Below are positions 1 through 16,081 of a stretch of DNA of 64,000 nt, piece after piece. The first letter of the stretch is position 1. Every line of letters begins with the position of its first letter. The stretch comes from the human T2T-CHM13v2.0 reference genome, Homo sapiens. The stretch lies in assembly GCF_009914755.1 (NCBI RefSeq), contig NC_060942.1. One strand, given 5' to 3'. The position numbers and the translations under genes are program-made. The notes under the pieces are model-generated. The model worked only from the letters and a program-made list of their open reading frames with translations, was not told where the DNA came from and did no database searches.

Positions 1-3000
1 GGATTCCTGCTGCAGGTGAGAAGCGAGCCAGAAGACTGAGTGCGTGTTTTGTATTCACAAGGCCACGTGCATTCTAGACTTGACTATTTAATCACTCTTG
101 TGAGGAGTGTTTTAAAGGAGAAGTGCAGTGCTGCACAAAGCAGAGAATGCAGACAACTACCCAGAGGGACCGCTCAGCGGAGGCCTGAGCTTAAGTAGGA
201 GTTATCAGGCTCCAGGGGGCTGGGGTCAGGCTTCAGTTTGGGTCACGCTGAGCTGGGGTGGAAGTGCCGTGCCTCCAGGAAATCCGGCTCTGAAGTCTCT
301 GTGAGAAGTCTGGGCTGGAAATTTAAATCAATCGTCGGTGGTATAAGATGGAAGTAGAGTGTGGAGGGAGGCAAGCCTGGACTGGGACCTGAACTCTGAG
401 AGAACTGCAAGAGCAGAGGGGAGTGAGTCCCCGCACAGCAGTTGAAGTGTGGATGTGTGGGGAGAAGAGAGGTGGGGTAGGGCTGGAAGAGGATCTGGAT
501 GGAAGGAGAGGCGTTTTCTTTGGGATGGGAGAGACACTTGCAAGCTGATGATGGGTGGGTCCAACAGAAGGCAGGGAAGTGCAATCTAGCAAGCAGAGGG
601 AGGGATTGGCTTTTGACAGGAGGAGGTTCCTCCCTCCCTCCTTCTGGAGAGAAGAAGGAGCGGATGTGCAGATGCAAATGTATTCGTAGACTTGGGAAAG
701 TAAAGGAAGCGGTTCCTTTTTTGTGGTTTTGATTTTGCTAGTGAAAGAAAAACAGTACTCAATGAGGGTGGAGGGAGCATAGGTGGGAAGTGGTGGGAGT
801 TTGAGGAGCATGGAGAATCAGGCCCAGAAAATGAGCAGAAGTGAAGAAGGCTGCATAGTCAGGACCACAGCAGCAGAAGGCACAGAGCCCACCTGTGAGG
901 ACACAGCTGTGTTCGAACACTACCTGCCGTGGCTAGTCCTGACCACACGTCAGCCCTGAGCCTGGACAGGGGACTCAGGACACCCCTGCTGGGATCAGCC
1001 ATTGTCCCTGGAAGTGAGATGGTGCTGCCATCACAGCCACTTCCAGAAAGAATTCTTCAGTGTCTCTGCCTTTTTGCATCACTTGCTCTAGATGCAGACT
1101 CTTGGAAGGAATCATGCAATTCACTGAGCCCAGCGGGTGCATCCCTGCTGCCTTACCTGCCAGGGGAGCTGAAAAAGCTGGTATTTTCAGCTTCTAAAGT
1201 TGGAGTTGCATTCTGTTCCCAGCAAGATTCATACGGTGGAAAGGGGATTCAGATCCTTGGAAGTCAAGGAAACAAAAGACAGATACCTGCACCATGGCTT
1301 CCTCTCTGGCCTTACTCTGGACAGCTGCCCAGTGTCCCTTGTGCTACACCCAAGCACCCAGAGAGTGGCCTCCTAATCCTGGAACTGTGACCTTCTTAGA
1401 GTGCAGGTTGGTGCCTCTGCAGATGCACAGCCTCTTACCTTATTTGGGCTTGTCATTGTGACAACCAATAAAATATCCCCTTCAATTTTCCAGACACCCC
1501 AGACCACGGTACGACAACTACCAAATTAAGGGATATAGTGTTCAGAAAGCAAAGGCAGCTTTTGGGCAAAGGGCAAGTTTTAAGAAGAATATTTAATCTG
1601 TAGCCCAGCTGATTTGAAATGACACTCCGACATAAAGCTCACTCCCAAAATAAATATTCTGACTAATAAAATTAAACATACTGAGCCAATTTAAGTGAGC
1701 TTCGTTATGCCCTTTAGAAATGTAGTCAAAAACGTTTCTGAAGTGTCCTGACATGAGTAAGGGCATTGGAAAAACAGCAAAGGATAATTTCAGCCTTAAG
1801 TAAAACTCTGAGTTAGCCAAGGATGCTGAATCTTAAGAAAGATGTAACAGAAGGAGAAGGGAATAGATATGACAATTAAAAGTTGGAAAGAACCATTATG
1901 AGTGCAGACCAGAAATGTTAACACTCTTTAGATAGAAGCATATTGGCCAAGAGGAGGAAACTGGAGTGTTATGGAGGGTATGAACTTACTTATGAAAAAC
2001 AACAATAACATCATTTAGAATCTAATTTAGGACAAATTATCATCACTGAGAAATATTTTGTTGAAGCCTATTCTGGTGTAAGCCACTTATAAAAATCCAT
2101 ATATTTTTAGGAGTTGTTTGGTCTAAAAAATATAAATAGATTGAAGGAGGATTTAGGTAACTTGGTTGCTGGTTATTAAAGTTGAGTTAGTTAAATCTCT
2201 TTGTTTTGGAAGAACATGACTATAGAATTTTCTTTGTTCTGTAAAGTTCGTCAGACACATTCTTAGGCTACTCATCAGTTCAGCAAAAAAGTGTGAATGA
2301 GAAAAAGTGAGTTTTACAGGGAGAACCAGGTCCGAGACAAAACAAATCCATGACAGTTGAAAGTCATTACAGAGAGTAGGATAAACGACAAGACTCAGTT
2401 ATGAAATTGAGCTCAGAGCTGTTGGGTTCCGGCAGACCTCAGTTTATTTATAGTCACCACCAAATCTATTTGTAAGTTGTTAGTTGTGGATAAAATGCTC
2501 TTGAGTAACAGTTTGGTCTCAAGTTCTGCAAGTCTATTTAGGGAGTAATGATTAAAGACCACTAGGACTGAAAATTATGCCATATGTCATCAATCCTTCT
2601 CTTTCCTCCCCTAGAGTTCAAAGTTTATACGTATAAAATCTATGTGTCATGCCTAACAACTTCCCCTTTGTCTTACCATTTTTTTTTTTCCTGAAATCTT
2701 TCATTAAGATTGTCATTTTCCAAGTTGTTGTGGTGACCCAAATCTTTAGACTGAGTTTTGGTGTAGGGATTTTATTTCTCAGGCTCCTGTGGTTCTTTTA
2801 TATTAGAAAGTGAGACACTCTCTCTTCTCCTTTCCAGTTTCCACCCTAATCTTTGCCTCCTGCTGACTTGAATCTCGATTTTTTTAAAAGAACCTAGGGA
2901 GACAGGGTGTGGGCATTTAAATTCTGGGCAGGCTGCCATGTGGGATGGAGAGTAGACATCTGTGCTACTCCACAGGGGAAAGAGGGCTGATGAGAGAAAG

Positions 3001-3216
3001 TTTTTGACAAACATGGAGGAAACCTGTAATGGCCAGAACTTGTCAGCAATGCAGTGAGTTCCCCTCAGAATGAGATGCTAGTGTGGGAGGGGACTTAGGG
3101 ACCTCTTGAGGCCCTTCCTCTAAGTTTCTGGAGTGATCCACCTTCCCTCCTCTGGGTGAGCAGGTACTTCTGGGAACCAGTAAGAGGAGCTGAGAGTCAG
3201 TACTCCTTAGACCTAA

Positions 3217-3493
<277 letters not shown>

Positions 3494-4141
3494 CCAAGCA
3501 TACTCTTTCTGATAGTGCCAGGGCCTGAGTTTTTCAGCACAGGGTGATGATAAACCCAAAAGAAAGAAGTGTTCTTGCTGAACTATTGGCAGATGGACTC
3601 TTTGGGCCAGGATTAAAAGGATCCCTTTTCAGACTGGTTGGGTTGTATTTTCATCCCTGGCCTTGGTTGTTCTGTGAGGATTGTACTTCATTTTGTAAAA
3701 AAATGTCAAACCAGGTTAATAAACTGCAGTTGAATTTTAATCGCCATCGTTTCTTCTCAATTAAAAAAACTCTATAAAATTGGCTCAGTTGATCAGTTTT
3801 TCAAATGGACACCAACCACAAAGTAAATGTAATTGCTTGGTTCTATATTTAGTGACTTATTTTTCATAATTTGTATTTGTATTTTGTACCTGGGTAGTAG
3901 GGGCATTTATAATTTAGTTAATAAAAATAAATGTTTCAAAGTGTCTCCCCCAGGTTACTTATTAATTACAAATGTAAAAAAGGTAACTTACGATGGGGAA
4001 ATATGATGGACATCTTTTGAAGCAAGTGATGAAACTTAGCATTATCAATAATAGGACAGCTTGGCTTCACGTGCTTCTTGGTGACATCATGAGAAGGAAG
4101 TGCCACCCACTTAGTGATCTGGCCAAGAATGCCCCACCTGA

Positions 4142-4406
<265 letters not shown>

Positions 4407-4585
4407 AGAATGCTCCATCTGAGTCAAATTATGATAAAATAAGCAGACAAATTCAGACTGTGGGACGTTCTGTGATTCTGTGACCAATTCTATGATGGAA
4501 CATTAAGACTTAGAACAGACTGTGGGACATTTTGGACTGTTCAAAATGTCAGTGTCAGGAAGGACAAAACATGTTGGGGGACTGC

Positions 4586-4920
4586 TGTGGATTAAAGGGG
4601 ACAAAAGAGACCTGACGACTCACTGCCGTATGTAATCCTTGATTAAATCCCGAGATGGGAAAATAATACAATGGGGATTATTGAGAGGATCAGGGAAATT
4701 TGAATATGGACAATGTATTAAATACAATTTTGAATATATGGTAAAATTTCTTAGACATGAAAATGTTGAATTTATATAGAAGAAATATCCATAAAATTTC
4801 TTAGACATGAAAATGTTGAATTTATATAGAAGAAATATCCATGTTCTTGGAAGATAACATGCTGAAGTATTTAGGAGGAAAGTATTATGATGTCTGTAAC
4901 TTCCTTTCAAAGAATCAAAA

Positions 4921-4954
<34 letters not shown>

Positions 4955-5046
4955 AACAAAAAATATGGTATATTGTTAATAGTTGGTGAATCTAGGTGAA
5001 AAGCATGTGAGTATTCATTGTATTGTTCTTTGAGCTGTCCTGTAGG
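4586..5046 (+). repeat. Copy 1 of a near-identical ~0.41 kb local duplication, with an internal 50-bp tandem duplication at 4742-4841
   Basis: Direct comparison with 7159-7566. Confidence 0.93.
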
Positions 5047-6820
5047 TTTACAAATTATGCAAAATAAAAAGTTGGGAGAAGTAAATTATGAAATGCTACC
5101 TTGTGGAATAGTATGTTTATTAAATTATAAAGCTATTGACAGACTGATCTCACTTTTATTATAAACTTAGAGTTTTCTGGCACAGGGAGTACTATTTAGT
5201 TGAGTAGGAAGCTTATTTTGTATGTGACTTTAAGTGTACTTGCACAGTATTTTGCACTTTCACAATCCCGTCTGTTAGTTTAATTTCAATTCAACAACAT
5301 GTATTAAGCCTCTTTTCTGAGGATATAGGAGTGATTAAGACCAAAGATGGTGCAGCCTAGTGGGAATGACAGATGAAAACAGGTACCGCAGTGCATGACA
5401 GGTGCTCTTTTAGAAGGAGAATATCAAATTTGTATGAAGTAGATATTATTCTTCATTTTCTTAAATATCTTTTTTGATCATTTTATGAGCAAATAAATGA
5501 AATCTCAGAGTAGGTAAGTCATGTACTTGGAGTCACATAGCCAGTGGGTGACAGGGCAGAGATATCCCCCCCAGGGGAGTTGATTCTACTACAACTTAGC
5601 TTAGACACCAGGGTAGGACCACTTCGGGGTTCAGCTCTGTCTCTGTGTTTGCCAAATGGTACCTGCCCCTTGAACTCAGTAGCAGCTACACAGCTTTACT
5701 ATCCATCCATCCATCCATCCACTCATTTATTCATTCATAGCATGTATTGAACACCTATTACATGCAGTCAGTCCAGGAAGGCCCTGAAATGAATAGAGGA
5801 CAGGCTGTACCAATCTATAATTTCAGAGGCTTCAGAGCATGCAGCACTGGGGTGAGAAACAAGGATCAGAGGACACCCTCTTGTCTTCCCTACTCACCCT
5901 GAAGTCTTTTGAAGTTGAAGTGCCTCACACTCCCCCTTTTATGATCATTATCTGCTTTATTAAAACATTATTTAAAAGACTACTTTGTTTCTCTACCTAA
6001 ACAATCACCAACACACTTCAAGCTATCTTTAGCTTATTACAAAAGCACGTGGAGAGATTACAACTCAGTCCCTCTCCATCATTTCTCCCCTTATCTCTGA
6101 CCCCCAAATACGATCTCTTTGAAAATGCACAACTTTGCCTTTCTACCTACAGTGGCTCCATAGCTTGGTGCTTTCTAGTCTCACAGAGGGTCCTCGTTTA
6201 TATCAGCAAATCTCTAGCAGCACTCATGTGTGCTTTGAAGTATTTTCAGTGGCCAAAGAGTAAACATAAGTACTGAGAGTAAAAAAGGAATGTAGCAGAA
6301 GGAGTGATTCAACAAGCATATAATTTAAAATTACCAACCAAAACAGAATAAATCCCTACCTGTTGGCTTAACATGCCTGAACCTGGCTGTGAACATAATT
6401 ATGAGACCACTCACTCTGCCTCACTATGACATTTTGAATCTGCAAGTGTCAGAGGAGATTTGCTGCAGAGCTGGAGACCTTGGCAAGATTCCAGGGCATG
6501 TTACACAGCAGGGGTGGTGATAAATAACACATATAGTCGCTTGGTGCAAATGGGATCCAAACCAAAGAGATACACCCTACCAATATTCAGAGCACATAAA
6601 CATACATTGGGGAACCTCAGAAATAATTCCTGAGACAAAAATGGGAGGGAAACATTGAAAAGTGGCATGTTCTAGCTAATTAGTGCTGGAAGATGAGTTG
6701 GTGCCATCAGTGGACTTATTAAGTTAGGCCTGGGTGGCAGGATACTGTAACAGGCAGAGGGGCACATCAATTGCTGCTAGAGTTGGGATTTTTAAGTGTC
6801 ATAATGCTTCAAAAGAATCT

Positions 6821-7128
<308 letters not shown>

Positions 7129-7158
7129 TCAAACGTTACCTAGAAACAAGATGAAACT

Positions 7159-7566
7159 TGTGGATTAAAGGGGACAAAAGAGACCTGACGACTCACTGCC
7201 ATATGTAATCCTTGATTAAATTCCGAAATGGGAAAATAATACAATGGGGATTATTGAGAGGATCAGGGAAATTTGAATATGGACAATGTATTAAATACAA
7301 TTTTGAATATATGGTAAAATTTCTTACACATGAAAATGTTGAATTTATGTAGAAGAAATATCCATGTTCTTGGAAGATAACATGCTGAAGTATTTAGGAG
7401 GAAAGTATTATGATGTCTGTAACTTCCTTTCAAAGAATCAAAAATGTGTGTGTGTGTGTGTGTGTGTGTAGAGAACAAAAAAATATGGTATATTGTTAAC
7501 AGTTGGTGAATCTAGGTGAAAAGCATATGAGTATTCATTGTATTGTTCTTTGAGCTGTCCTGTAGG
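7159..7566 (+). repeat. Copy 2 of the local duplication
   Basis: Matches 4586-5046 apart from a few substitutions, microsatellite length and the 50-bp duplication. Confidence 0.93.
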
Positions 7567-8605
7567 AGAGGACAGAGAGGCTCCCTTCTGAGCCACTGAA
7601 GCTACTTCTTTCATATAGCTTTGTAGTAGCAGAAAGTACAACTTTAGAAAACCAATGCCCTGAATTAACACTTGAGATATATCATAACATAGCTCCCCAC
7701 CCCTGGGCTCTCTAGAATAGAATTTTAGCATATTGGGAAATAATGTTTGGCACTTCTCTGACAACTTCTTCCCCCCAAGATGAAACACGTCAAATATTCA
7801 GTACCTATTAGGTCCTGTGACATAGCAAACACTCAGTGGGTGGAATACACTTAGGCTGAGTGTTTTTATACCTGCAAGGTGTGGGTTTGTTACTTAACCT
7901 CTCTAGGCCAAACTTTCCTCATCTTTAAAGTGGGGTTAATAAAACTCCGCTTCTTATTATGAGGTCTAAATGAGAGAATGTTTGTGAAGTGCTTAACATG
8001 GTATGTGGAAAGACAGTATTCATTATTCATTAAATCATGACCTATTAGATAAATAGTTTTTTAGAGGGTTATGTGTGCTATGATTGTGGGAGTTTGGTGG
8101 AAGGGATTAAGAATGCTTTGAATGATTACTGTATTCAAAAAAGTTTCATTTGTAGTCTATCAAACTCACATAATTAACAGTGGCCTTATTTTGATGTGGT
8201 CTGAGAGAGATGTGCAAAGAGTTTTTAGCGAAATATATTAGCTCTGATTTTCCAAACATGAATTCTTGGATTTCCTATGAATTCCTTCACTACATAATAA
8301 TGGGATGTGTCTTTGGAAATTGTTACACCTACGTTTAGAGTATTGCTTTATGATTTTCAGAGTACATTATAATTCCTAATTAGTTTTTATGAGGTTGGAT
8401 CACTTTTTCCACGTGTTGGTAGACAACTCGGGAGTGTTAATCTGAGCCCAAATAAGCACTTTTTTCAAGATCAAAGAGCAAGTGTTTGATAGGGACAGAA
8501 CTGGCTGAGCTTAGGGTTTCCAGTAATCAGTGTGACAATTCTTCCTTCCTCAGAGATAAGCAAAGGGGCTTCTTTGAGCAAAGGGTAAATCTCTGTGCCT
8601 GAGAG

Positions 8606-9090
8606 GAGTGGTTCTCAAAGTATGGATGAGAACCTGTGAGGGTCCCCAAGACCTTTTGGGAGGTCTACAAGGCCAGGGGTCCTCCTTCCTCCATTACAGA
8701 TCTATGTGAGGCCAGATCTTCAAATACTTCAGCCAAACAACATATCACATCAGAGTGAATGAAGAAGCAGGTGTGGGAATCCAGCTTTCTCCTATTAAGC
8801 CCCAAACTCAGCGAGCTTAACAAAAATGTAAAGCAATGCCACTGCTCTCACCAAAAATTTCATGTTTTAGAAAATATAGTAATTTTTAATAAAATATATT
8901 TATGCTAACATGTAAAATGTTTGTTATATTAAATGAATTAATAGTATATCTAAAAGTTTTTTAACTTTAATTTTTAATATGGTGCACATCAATAGATAGA
9001 ACTCATACAAACAAAAGTTTTTTTAGGTCTTCAATAATTTTTAAAAATATAAAGGGGGTCCTGAGACCAAAAAGTTTGAGTCTCATTGTC
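8606..9090. mobile_element. hAT-Charlie-type DNA transposon remnant
   Basis: Terminal inverted repeats agtggttctcaaa ... tttgagtctcattg; Charlie-like internal sequence. Confidence 0.65.
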
Positions 9091-10213
9091 CTAGATTTTT
9101 TGGCTTCTGCTTTGGGGTTTGGAATGTTTACATTAGCTGGCAGTTCTCAGACTTAAAAAAAAAAAACAACTTACCATACTACTGTTTGTGAAAAATATTA
9201 AGATGAAACTCATTTTTTTTTTCTGGGAAAGAAAAGGAACCCACAGGGTCTGAGCACTCCCTACTCCCCAACTAGAGGAGCCTGTGGTTCAAAGGGCATT
9301 CTTGGGCTAGAGGCGAGTGCTCCTCAGACAGTCACCGGGAAATCTGTTGCCTGGGGGTCAGGGAGCCTGGAAGGGGGTGGGGATAATCCTCACTCATTAA
9401 CACATTAACATAGATTTGCTTAACACCGTGTTCAATGTCGTACCAGGCTCTTTGGGAAATAGGACCTCAGGGTTCAAAATTCAAGCCAGATAAGTTTTGG
9501 GGGAAGGAATGGGAATAAACTGCAAAGGCTCCTGGGATTCACACATGAGGCACCATGGAGTTGAAGAGTGGGAGGTGAAGAAAGAAGGACCGAAGCCCCA
9601 CTTCATCTCTTCCATACTTTTGCATCATCCTGGCCATGGGCAAAAGAGTGATGAGGGCGAATGAGAAAGCCAATAAGAGGGAGAACAATCAGGAAAAGAT
9701 GAGGCCGGAGGAGATCCACAGGGAAGGAGTGCTACCACTCCATCAAATGGCTGCTTGGGTTTCAGTTCTGGCAGCTGTGATCTCTCCAAAACCTGGAACC
9801 AGGGTTAGGACACTGCTGGGAAACACTCTGGGCTGTTCTCCTGGTTCTTGGCCCTGGGAGGGTTTAGCACGTAATGACTACTGCTTGCCATCAGACTTTT
9901 CTGAATGCATAGACTTTAAGATACACTGTAGACTGGTTGCAATGGAATGGCATATTGGTTAAGGTGTGACAAAGATGATGATCAATGTGTATATTTGGTG
10001 GAGAAAGAAAGATAATGATTTTTGTTTTGAATTTGATCAGCTTGAGAGGCTGCAGCTGGGTAGAGATGTCCAATAGACAGGAATCAGGATCGGGATCTTG
10101 AGCAAGGGATTGTGGTGGGACGTGTTGCCTTGGGAATCAGCATCACATAGAGATGGTAGAAGCTGTGAATCGATGAGATGACATTAATAACTGTATCTCT
10201 TTTGTTTTATCAG

Positions 10214-10331
10214 CTCTTCCATGTGGCCTATATTTTAATCAAATTTGCAAATTCTCCTCGCCCTGATCTTTGGGTCTTGGAAAGATCTGTAGACTTTGGA
10301 AGCACCTACTCACCATGGCAATATTTTGCTC
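10214..10331 (+). CDS. LAMA3: Laminin alpha-3 coding exon (exon 3), LN domain
   Basis: ttttatcag| acceptor and |gtaagt donor; 118 nt; translates [39 protein letters not shown], a laminin N-terminal domain motif. Confidence 0.97.
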
Positions 10332-10417
10332 GTAAGTAATCTTGCCTACCATGTTATGCATGGCTTTAATTACTTGGAACAGATAAAGACTATGGATTTA
10401 ATTAGAAAATTAATCTT

Positions 10418-10717
<300 letters not shown>

Positions 10718-10776
10718 TTAATCTCTCAGTATGACTAGTTAGGGACTGGTCACTTTTAACCTCTAAATTACTCTCA

Positions 10777-11097
<321 letters not shown>

Positions 11098-11698
11098 TCA
11101 AGCATGTGTTCAATAATTTCAAGGATACTACATGCAGAAATGAAGTAGAAACTCCTTTTATGATAACAGTTCTTGGCACTATTTGGGAGTACCTGTAAGA
11201 TGGTAGAAGCTGTGAATTGATGAGATGACTTTAATAACTGTCATCTCCAATCTTTTCCCCTTTATGCAGAATTAGAAACTAAGTTCCATCTTTATAGTTC
11301 CTGTGCTGTGCTTTACTTACCTCAACTCTGTTATCTTCACTAATGAAGAATGTCAGGGTTTCTGAACCCTATGATGAACAGAGGTGGACAAGAATTTTGC
11401 TTATAAAGGCATTGGGTTTTCCACTAGGTTTCCTTAGAAGATAAACTTGCCTAAGTATGAGCGTGGAGTTAGCACTGCATCTCCAAGCATTGCCACTGAA
11501 AGTCAACTGGCCTGAAATGGCTTGGTATTTTCTTTCATGAATTAAAAACTCCATTATCAGCCTTTCTCTAAAAGTTTTAAATGCCTTTCTGTTTTTTCTT
11601 TCTTTGTGTATTTTCTTAAGGAAACATAAGGCTTCTTAAGAGATTTGCAACAAAATGATAATATTTTGTTTTATAATATTAAAATATTTTCCTTCTAG

Positions 11699-11817
11699 AT
11701 TCTAAAGTAGACTGTTTAAAAGAATTTGGGCGGGAGGCAAATATGGCTGTCACCCGGGATGATGATGTACTTTGTGTTACTGAATATTCCCGTATTGTAC
11801 CTTTGGAAAATGGTGAG
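11699..11817 (+). CDS. LAMA3: Laminin alpha-3 exon 4, LN domain
   Basis: ccttctag| ... |gtaagt; 119 nt; in frame with the previous exon: (H)SKVDCLKEFGREANMAVTRDDDVLCVTEYSRIVPLENGE. Confidence 0.97.
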
Positions 11818-12701
11818 GTAAGTAGATTTGGAAGACTGGGAGAGATAAGACTCAGAAATGACCATGAGGATATCCAATTTTTCATAATTGCGAAACTTGC
11901 ACTTTCAAGGACATCTAACATAGATCAAGATGGAAACAGGGCTTGGGACTGAACAGTAAAGGAATCACATTGAGGGCTCCCAGAATGAGCCAGGTTGGAA
12001 ATTCTGTTGGGGGATTTCAGTTATCCCCAGAAAGTCAGGATTCTTGATCCAAAGCCCGCAGGTCTTGAACTGTCCTTTCTGGTGATGTATTTATAAAGTG
12101 GGTTGCTGGTAACTGAAATGATGACCCCTTACCTCTTCACCTATGATCCCATGATACCCCGTAAGAGTGAGGAGAGGAAGGACAGGTGGCAGCAGGTAGA
12201 TTTTCTCTATACTGTCTCTTCCCTCATCTGATGACCAGATGTAGGGGATCCAGAGGAGGACTCTGAGGTCCTACAGAACGGCTGCACCTCTAGATAGAAA
12301 GAGCCTGCTTCCCTGAATGACTGCATGGAGCCGATCCTACGTGATCCCTGATCCCTTTTGGTAGAATGGGTGTAATCTGTTGGAGAGAAAAAATTGCTGT
12401 CCCTGTGGGGTTGCATTTGGCCCTTGTAAAGTCAGGTTGGCTATTGTTAAGGGAGATGGGCAAACAAAGGTGAAACAATCAGAGAAGATTTCCATGGAAA
12501 TTGTGAGGCCATAATGAATATGAACTGAGTTTCAAATAAACTTCCTTCAAAGGTGTCAGCCTCCCTCTCTTTAAGTAGAGAGATCTTACTTGAGCATGTG
12601 TATGCGGTATCTTCTGACAGCTCATGAGTGGTTCATATTTCCAATGGTTGACACTTGGGCTTCATCACTTTGGGCTTTAAAACAAAATGGAGGGTTTACA
12701 C

Positions 12702-12738
<37 letters not shown>

Positions 12739-13186
12739 CCCATTACTGTCAAACTTTATATCTAGAGATTTCCTTTTTTCAACCTCATGTAGATTTTTGG
12801 GTTACTTTAGCTTTGTTTCTTTGATGCAGCTTAAGAAAGTTGTGTCCTTATATTTACAGATTTTAACATTATGTTTTCAACATTTCATAGTGTTACAGTC
12901 CCACAACTACCCTGATAGAACAAAGGCTTTGAAAACGTAATGATAACATCTCCCGAGAGCCCAGATTTCAAAGACGTATTGCCAGACCTTGGAACCAGGA
13001 AGTGTGAGGGAAGATGGGACTAGCAATGATGTTTTTAGACATAAACAAGACCCAAGACCCCCTACGAATATCAAATGGCTCAAAGAAACCAAGTGCCTTG
13101 GGGCATGTGAGTTATTTTTACTTACTTGCTGCTAAATTTTGATAAAAGGAACTTTTTCCCCCTTTATGTGTGTGTGGTCATTTTAG

Positions 13187-13357
13187 GTTGTGGTGTCCTT
13201 GATAAACGGTCGTCCAGGTGCAAAAAATTTTACTTTCTCTCACACCCTGAGGGAGTTTACCAAGGCAACAAACATCCGCTTGCGTTTTCTTAGAACCAAT
13301 ACGCTTCTTGGACACCTCATCTCCAAAGCCCAGCGAGATCCAACTGTCACTCGGCGG
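13187..13357 (+). CDS. LAMA3: Laminin alpha-3 exon 5, LN domain
   Basis: ttttag| ... |gtgagt; 171 nt; [57 protein letters not shown]. Confidence 0.97.
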
Positions 13358-13589
13358 GTGAGTAGTCAGAGCATTTGTTTTGTTACTTTATTTATTCATT
13401 TTTTTGGCTTACCAAATTAATTGCCTTGAACTCTTTTAAGTAACCTTTATAGCCTGTAATGATGTAGGTGTGGGAGTTGTTCTTATCTGAAATACTAGAT
13501 ATAATTAGGAGTTTATATCTAATGACTTATAAAAATGGCTGTTTGAAGAAAAATCATTATATTCAAAGAAGATGAAAGGCAAATGATTA

Positions 13590-14270
13590 TAGTCAGCCTG
13601 GTACTAGTCTGGATGGGATAATTAATACTACAGCCAACAATTCCCAAATCTCAGTGGCTTAACAAAATAAAGCTTTGTTTCTTGCTCCTATTACAGTTTA
13701 ACATGGGTCAGCAGGTAGGATCGGCTCCACACAGTAATTCAGGGAAGCAGGTTCTTTCTATCCAGAGGTGCAGCCATTTTGTAGGACCTCAGAGTCCTCC
13801 TCTGGATCCCCTACCTCTTGGTCCTCAGATGAGGGAAGAGAGAGTATAGAGAAAAATCTACCTGCTTCTCATCAGAGGTTACTTCTATGGGCAAGAACTG
13901 GTCATATCATAGCCTCACTTAGATGCAAGGAGGCTGGGTGATGTCATCTAGCTGAAATGGAGGCACATAGGTATTGGTGAGCACTAGTACCCTCTCCTGT
14001 GTTGGAGGTACACCATGAACATCTCTCACTCTCAGGTGTCAGGGCAGTACACTTGTCTCCTGGGCACAGAGGGAGCCCACAGAATAAACACATTGAGCTC
14101 ACTCTTCTTCCACCCTCTGATCTACTGGTGCCTTCCATTGGCCAAAGCAAACAAGAAGCCAGAGAGAAAGACAGTCCATTGGTTGCAACCATAAAGTTCA
14201 GCTCCTGGGCACAGGACAGGGTGGAGAACGTGGAGAGCAGATCTGGAGGGTGAATGGAAGATGCCCAGTG
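13590..14270. mobile_element. Degenerate MaLR/ERVL LTR fragments
   Basis: MLT1-like motifs (ccaaatctcagtggcttaac; agatgcaaggaggctgg). Confidence 0.45.
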
Positions 14271-15989
14271 CACCTTATAGAGTTTGGCTTTTTATATAGG
14301 TAACATCAGAGAGCTGGGAAAGGAAGGGAGGGAAAAGTATAAGTATTGCCACAGTTTTGAGCATTTTCCAGAAAGGCAGGCACCTTGGGTGTAGGTGGCC
14401 TATCTTTTGTATTTTTTTGCTCTCCTCAGCTCCCTCTGAGCTTCTGTGTAGTTGGGGACTGTGTTGAATCTGAGGATGGATATTTACAAGGGAGGGCTGG
14501 ACTTTCTCATAAACTATAGCCGGGCTGTGTTTCTGTTCCTCCATGTGCCCTGGAGCACTGCCACAAATGTACCCTACCAATTTTTTTTTTCTTAAATTGT
14601 CTTTTTGGGGGTTGCAAGATTTGCAGTCATATATATCTATGTATATTACTTTTCACTTAGATGAATACAGGCCTCTCCATTAAATAATTGTTTTATGGAG
14701 TATACCACACACATAATACATAATCTTAACCCCCCAAGTTTAGGTTGCTTCTTTCATGGAGGAATATAATACCAGCTACCTTATGACACAGATCACGTGT
14801 GCTGCTGGGTGAAGGCTGACTGGGGGCTTCTCTTGCTGCTGCTGCCCTTAATACGTGTGGAGGGGAACTTTTACAGTGGCCAGCAGGAAAGCCCCTGAGT
14901 GTTAACTTGTCACAGAAAGCCCTGGTAATACTGACTTTATCTGTATTAACAAGGGGGGCTGTTAATGCCTTCAGACTAAGATGTTTCCAGGAAGCATTGA
15001 TACTTTAACAGGTTTTAATTAGGGAACCAGAACAGAACCCCAACATTAAATCAATAGAGCTCTTTAAGGCAGCCACACTCAACAACAACAACAACAATAA
15101 AGGGACAAAAACCCTCTTGTCCTTGCGAATTCAAAGACTTCTTGCTGACAGATATTCTTCTCACTGGCAGCATGGCCTCAATGAGAAAGATTGTTCTACA
15201 GTCCTCACATTCCTCCCAAATCCTGGGCAGTCTCCTGCCAAGTCTGAGAAGGAAGGTTGCTGGCAGAGGGAGCTGGCAGGAGGAGCTGCCTATTGTCAGC
15301 ACTGCAGAGGCCTCCAACATATTGGAGAGGGGCCTTGTCAATGAGAGGGTATACACATATTTGTGGCCTGGTTTAGGGGCCAATCCTCAGCTGGATCTGA
15401 GCTGGCTCTGTCTGGCCTTTCTGGAGCTTGAAACTTTGACTCTAGCCTTTTTGACCCTGTGCTAGGAAGTCTTCAGCAAATACTGGTGGCCCCTCCAGTC
15501 TCAGGGATGTATTGGATCCATCTCTGTAAATATTATCTCCCTTCCCAGAACCTGGGATAGTATTTTGCGCAAAGCAAGTGCAACATTTTTTGGTATAAAA
15601 ATTTAGTTTTGATAAATAAATATTTTCAATGTATAAAATTCATTTGTAAAGAACATAATGTAAAAATTATTTTAATTTACATAAAAAATAAACTTGGAAG
15701 TAATTGATCCCTTTCCTATAGGCTATAAAGTATGATTCCTTTCTAAGGCAATTTCCCTTCATGAACTTCAAGCATTTGATTTTTTTAAATGCACAAATTC
15801 AGCAGTATGTTATTACATTTTATTGAGGAATGTGTTTATTTTATAAGACATGTTACATCCCAATGTAGGGCTCAAGAATACGGAATTTTAAAAGGGAAGC
15901 AGAGGCAGCAGATGTGGGTTAAAGACTAGTAAGAGAAAGTTTTTGTCACTGTTCAGTGAAACTTGCATGTTCTGTGTTCTGTTGTGCAG

Positions 15990-16081
15990 TATTATTACAG
16001 CATAAAGGACATCAGCATTGGTGGGCAGTGTGTTTGCAATGGCCATGCTGAAGTGTGCAATATAAACAATCCTGAAAAACT
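15990..16081 (+). CDS. LAMA3: Laminin alpha-3 exon 6, end of LN and start of LE1
   Basis: tgtgcag| ... |gtaagt; 92 nt; [30 protein letters not shown](L). Confidence 0.97.

Noticed and set aside
243-1390. ORFs of 144-162 aa at the window start
   Set aside because: Purine-skewed, probably old repeat-derived intron sequence with no splice or domain support.
13358-13420. Exon-5 read-through ORF
   Set aside because: It would truncate the LN domain; the donor is strong and there is no adjacent poly(A) signal.
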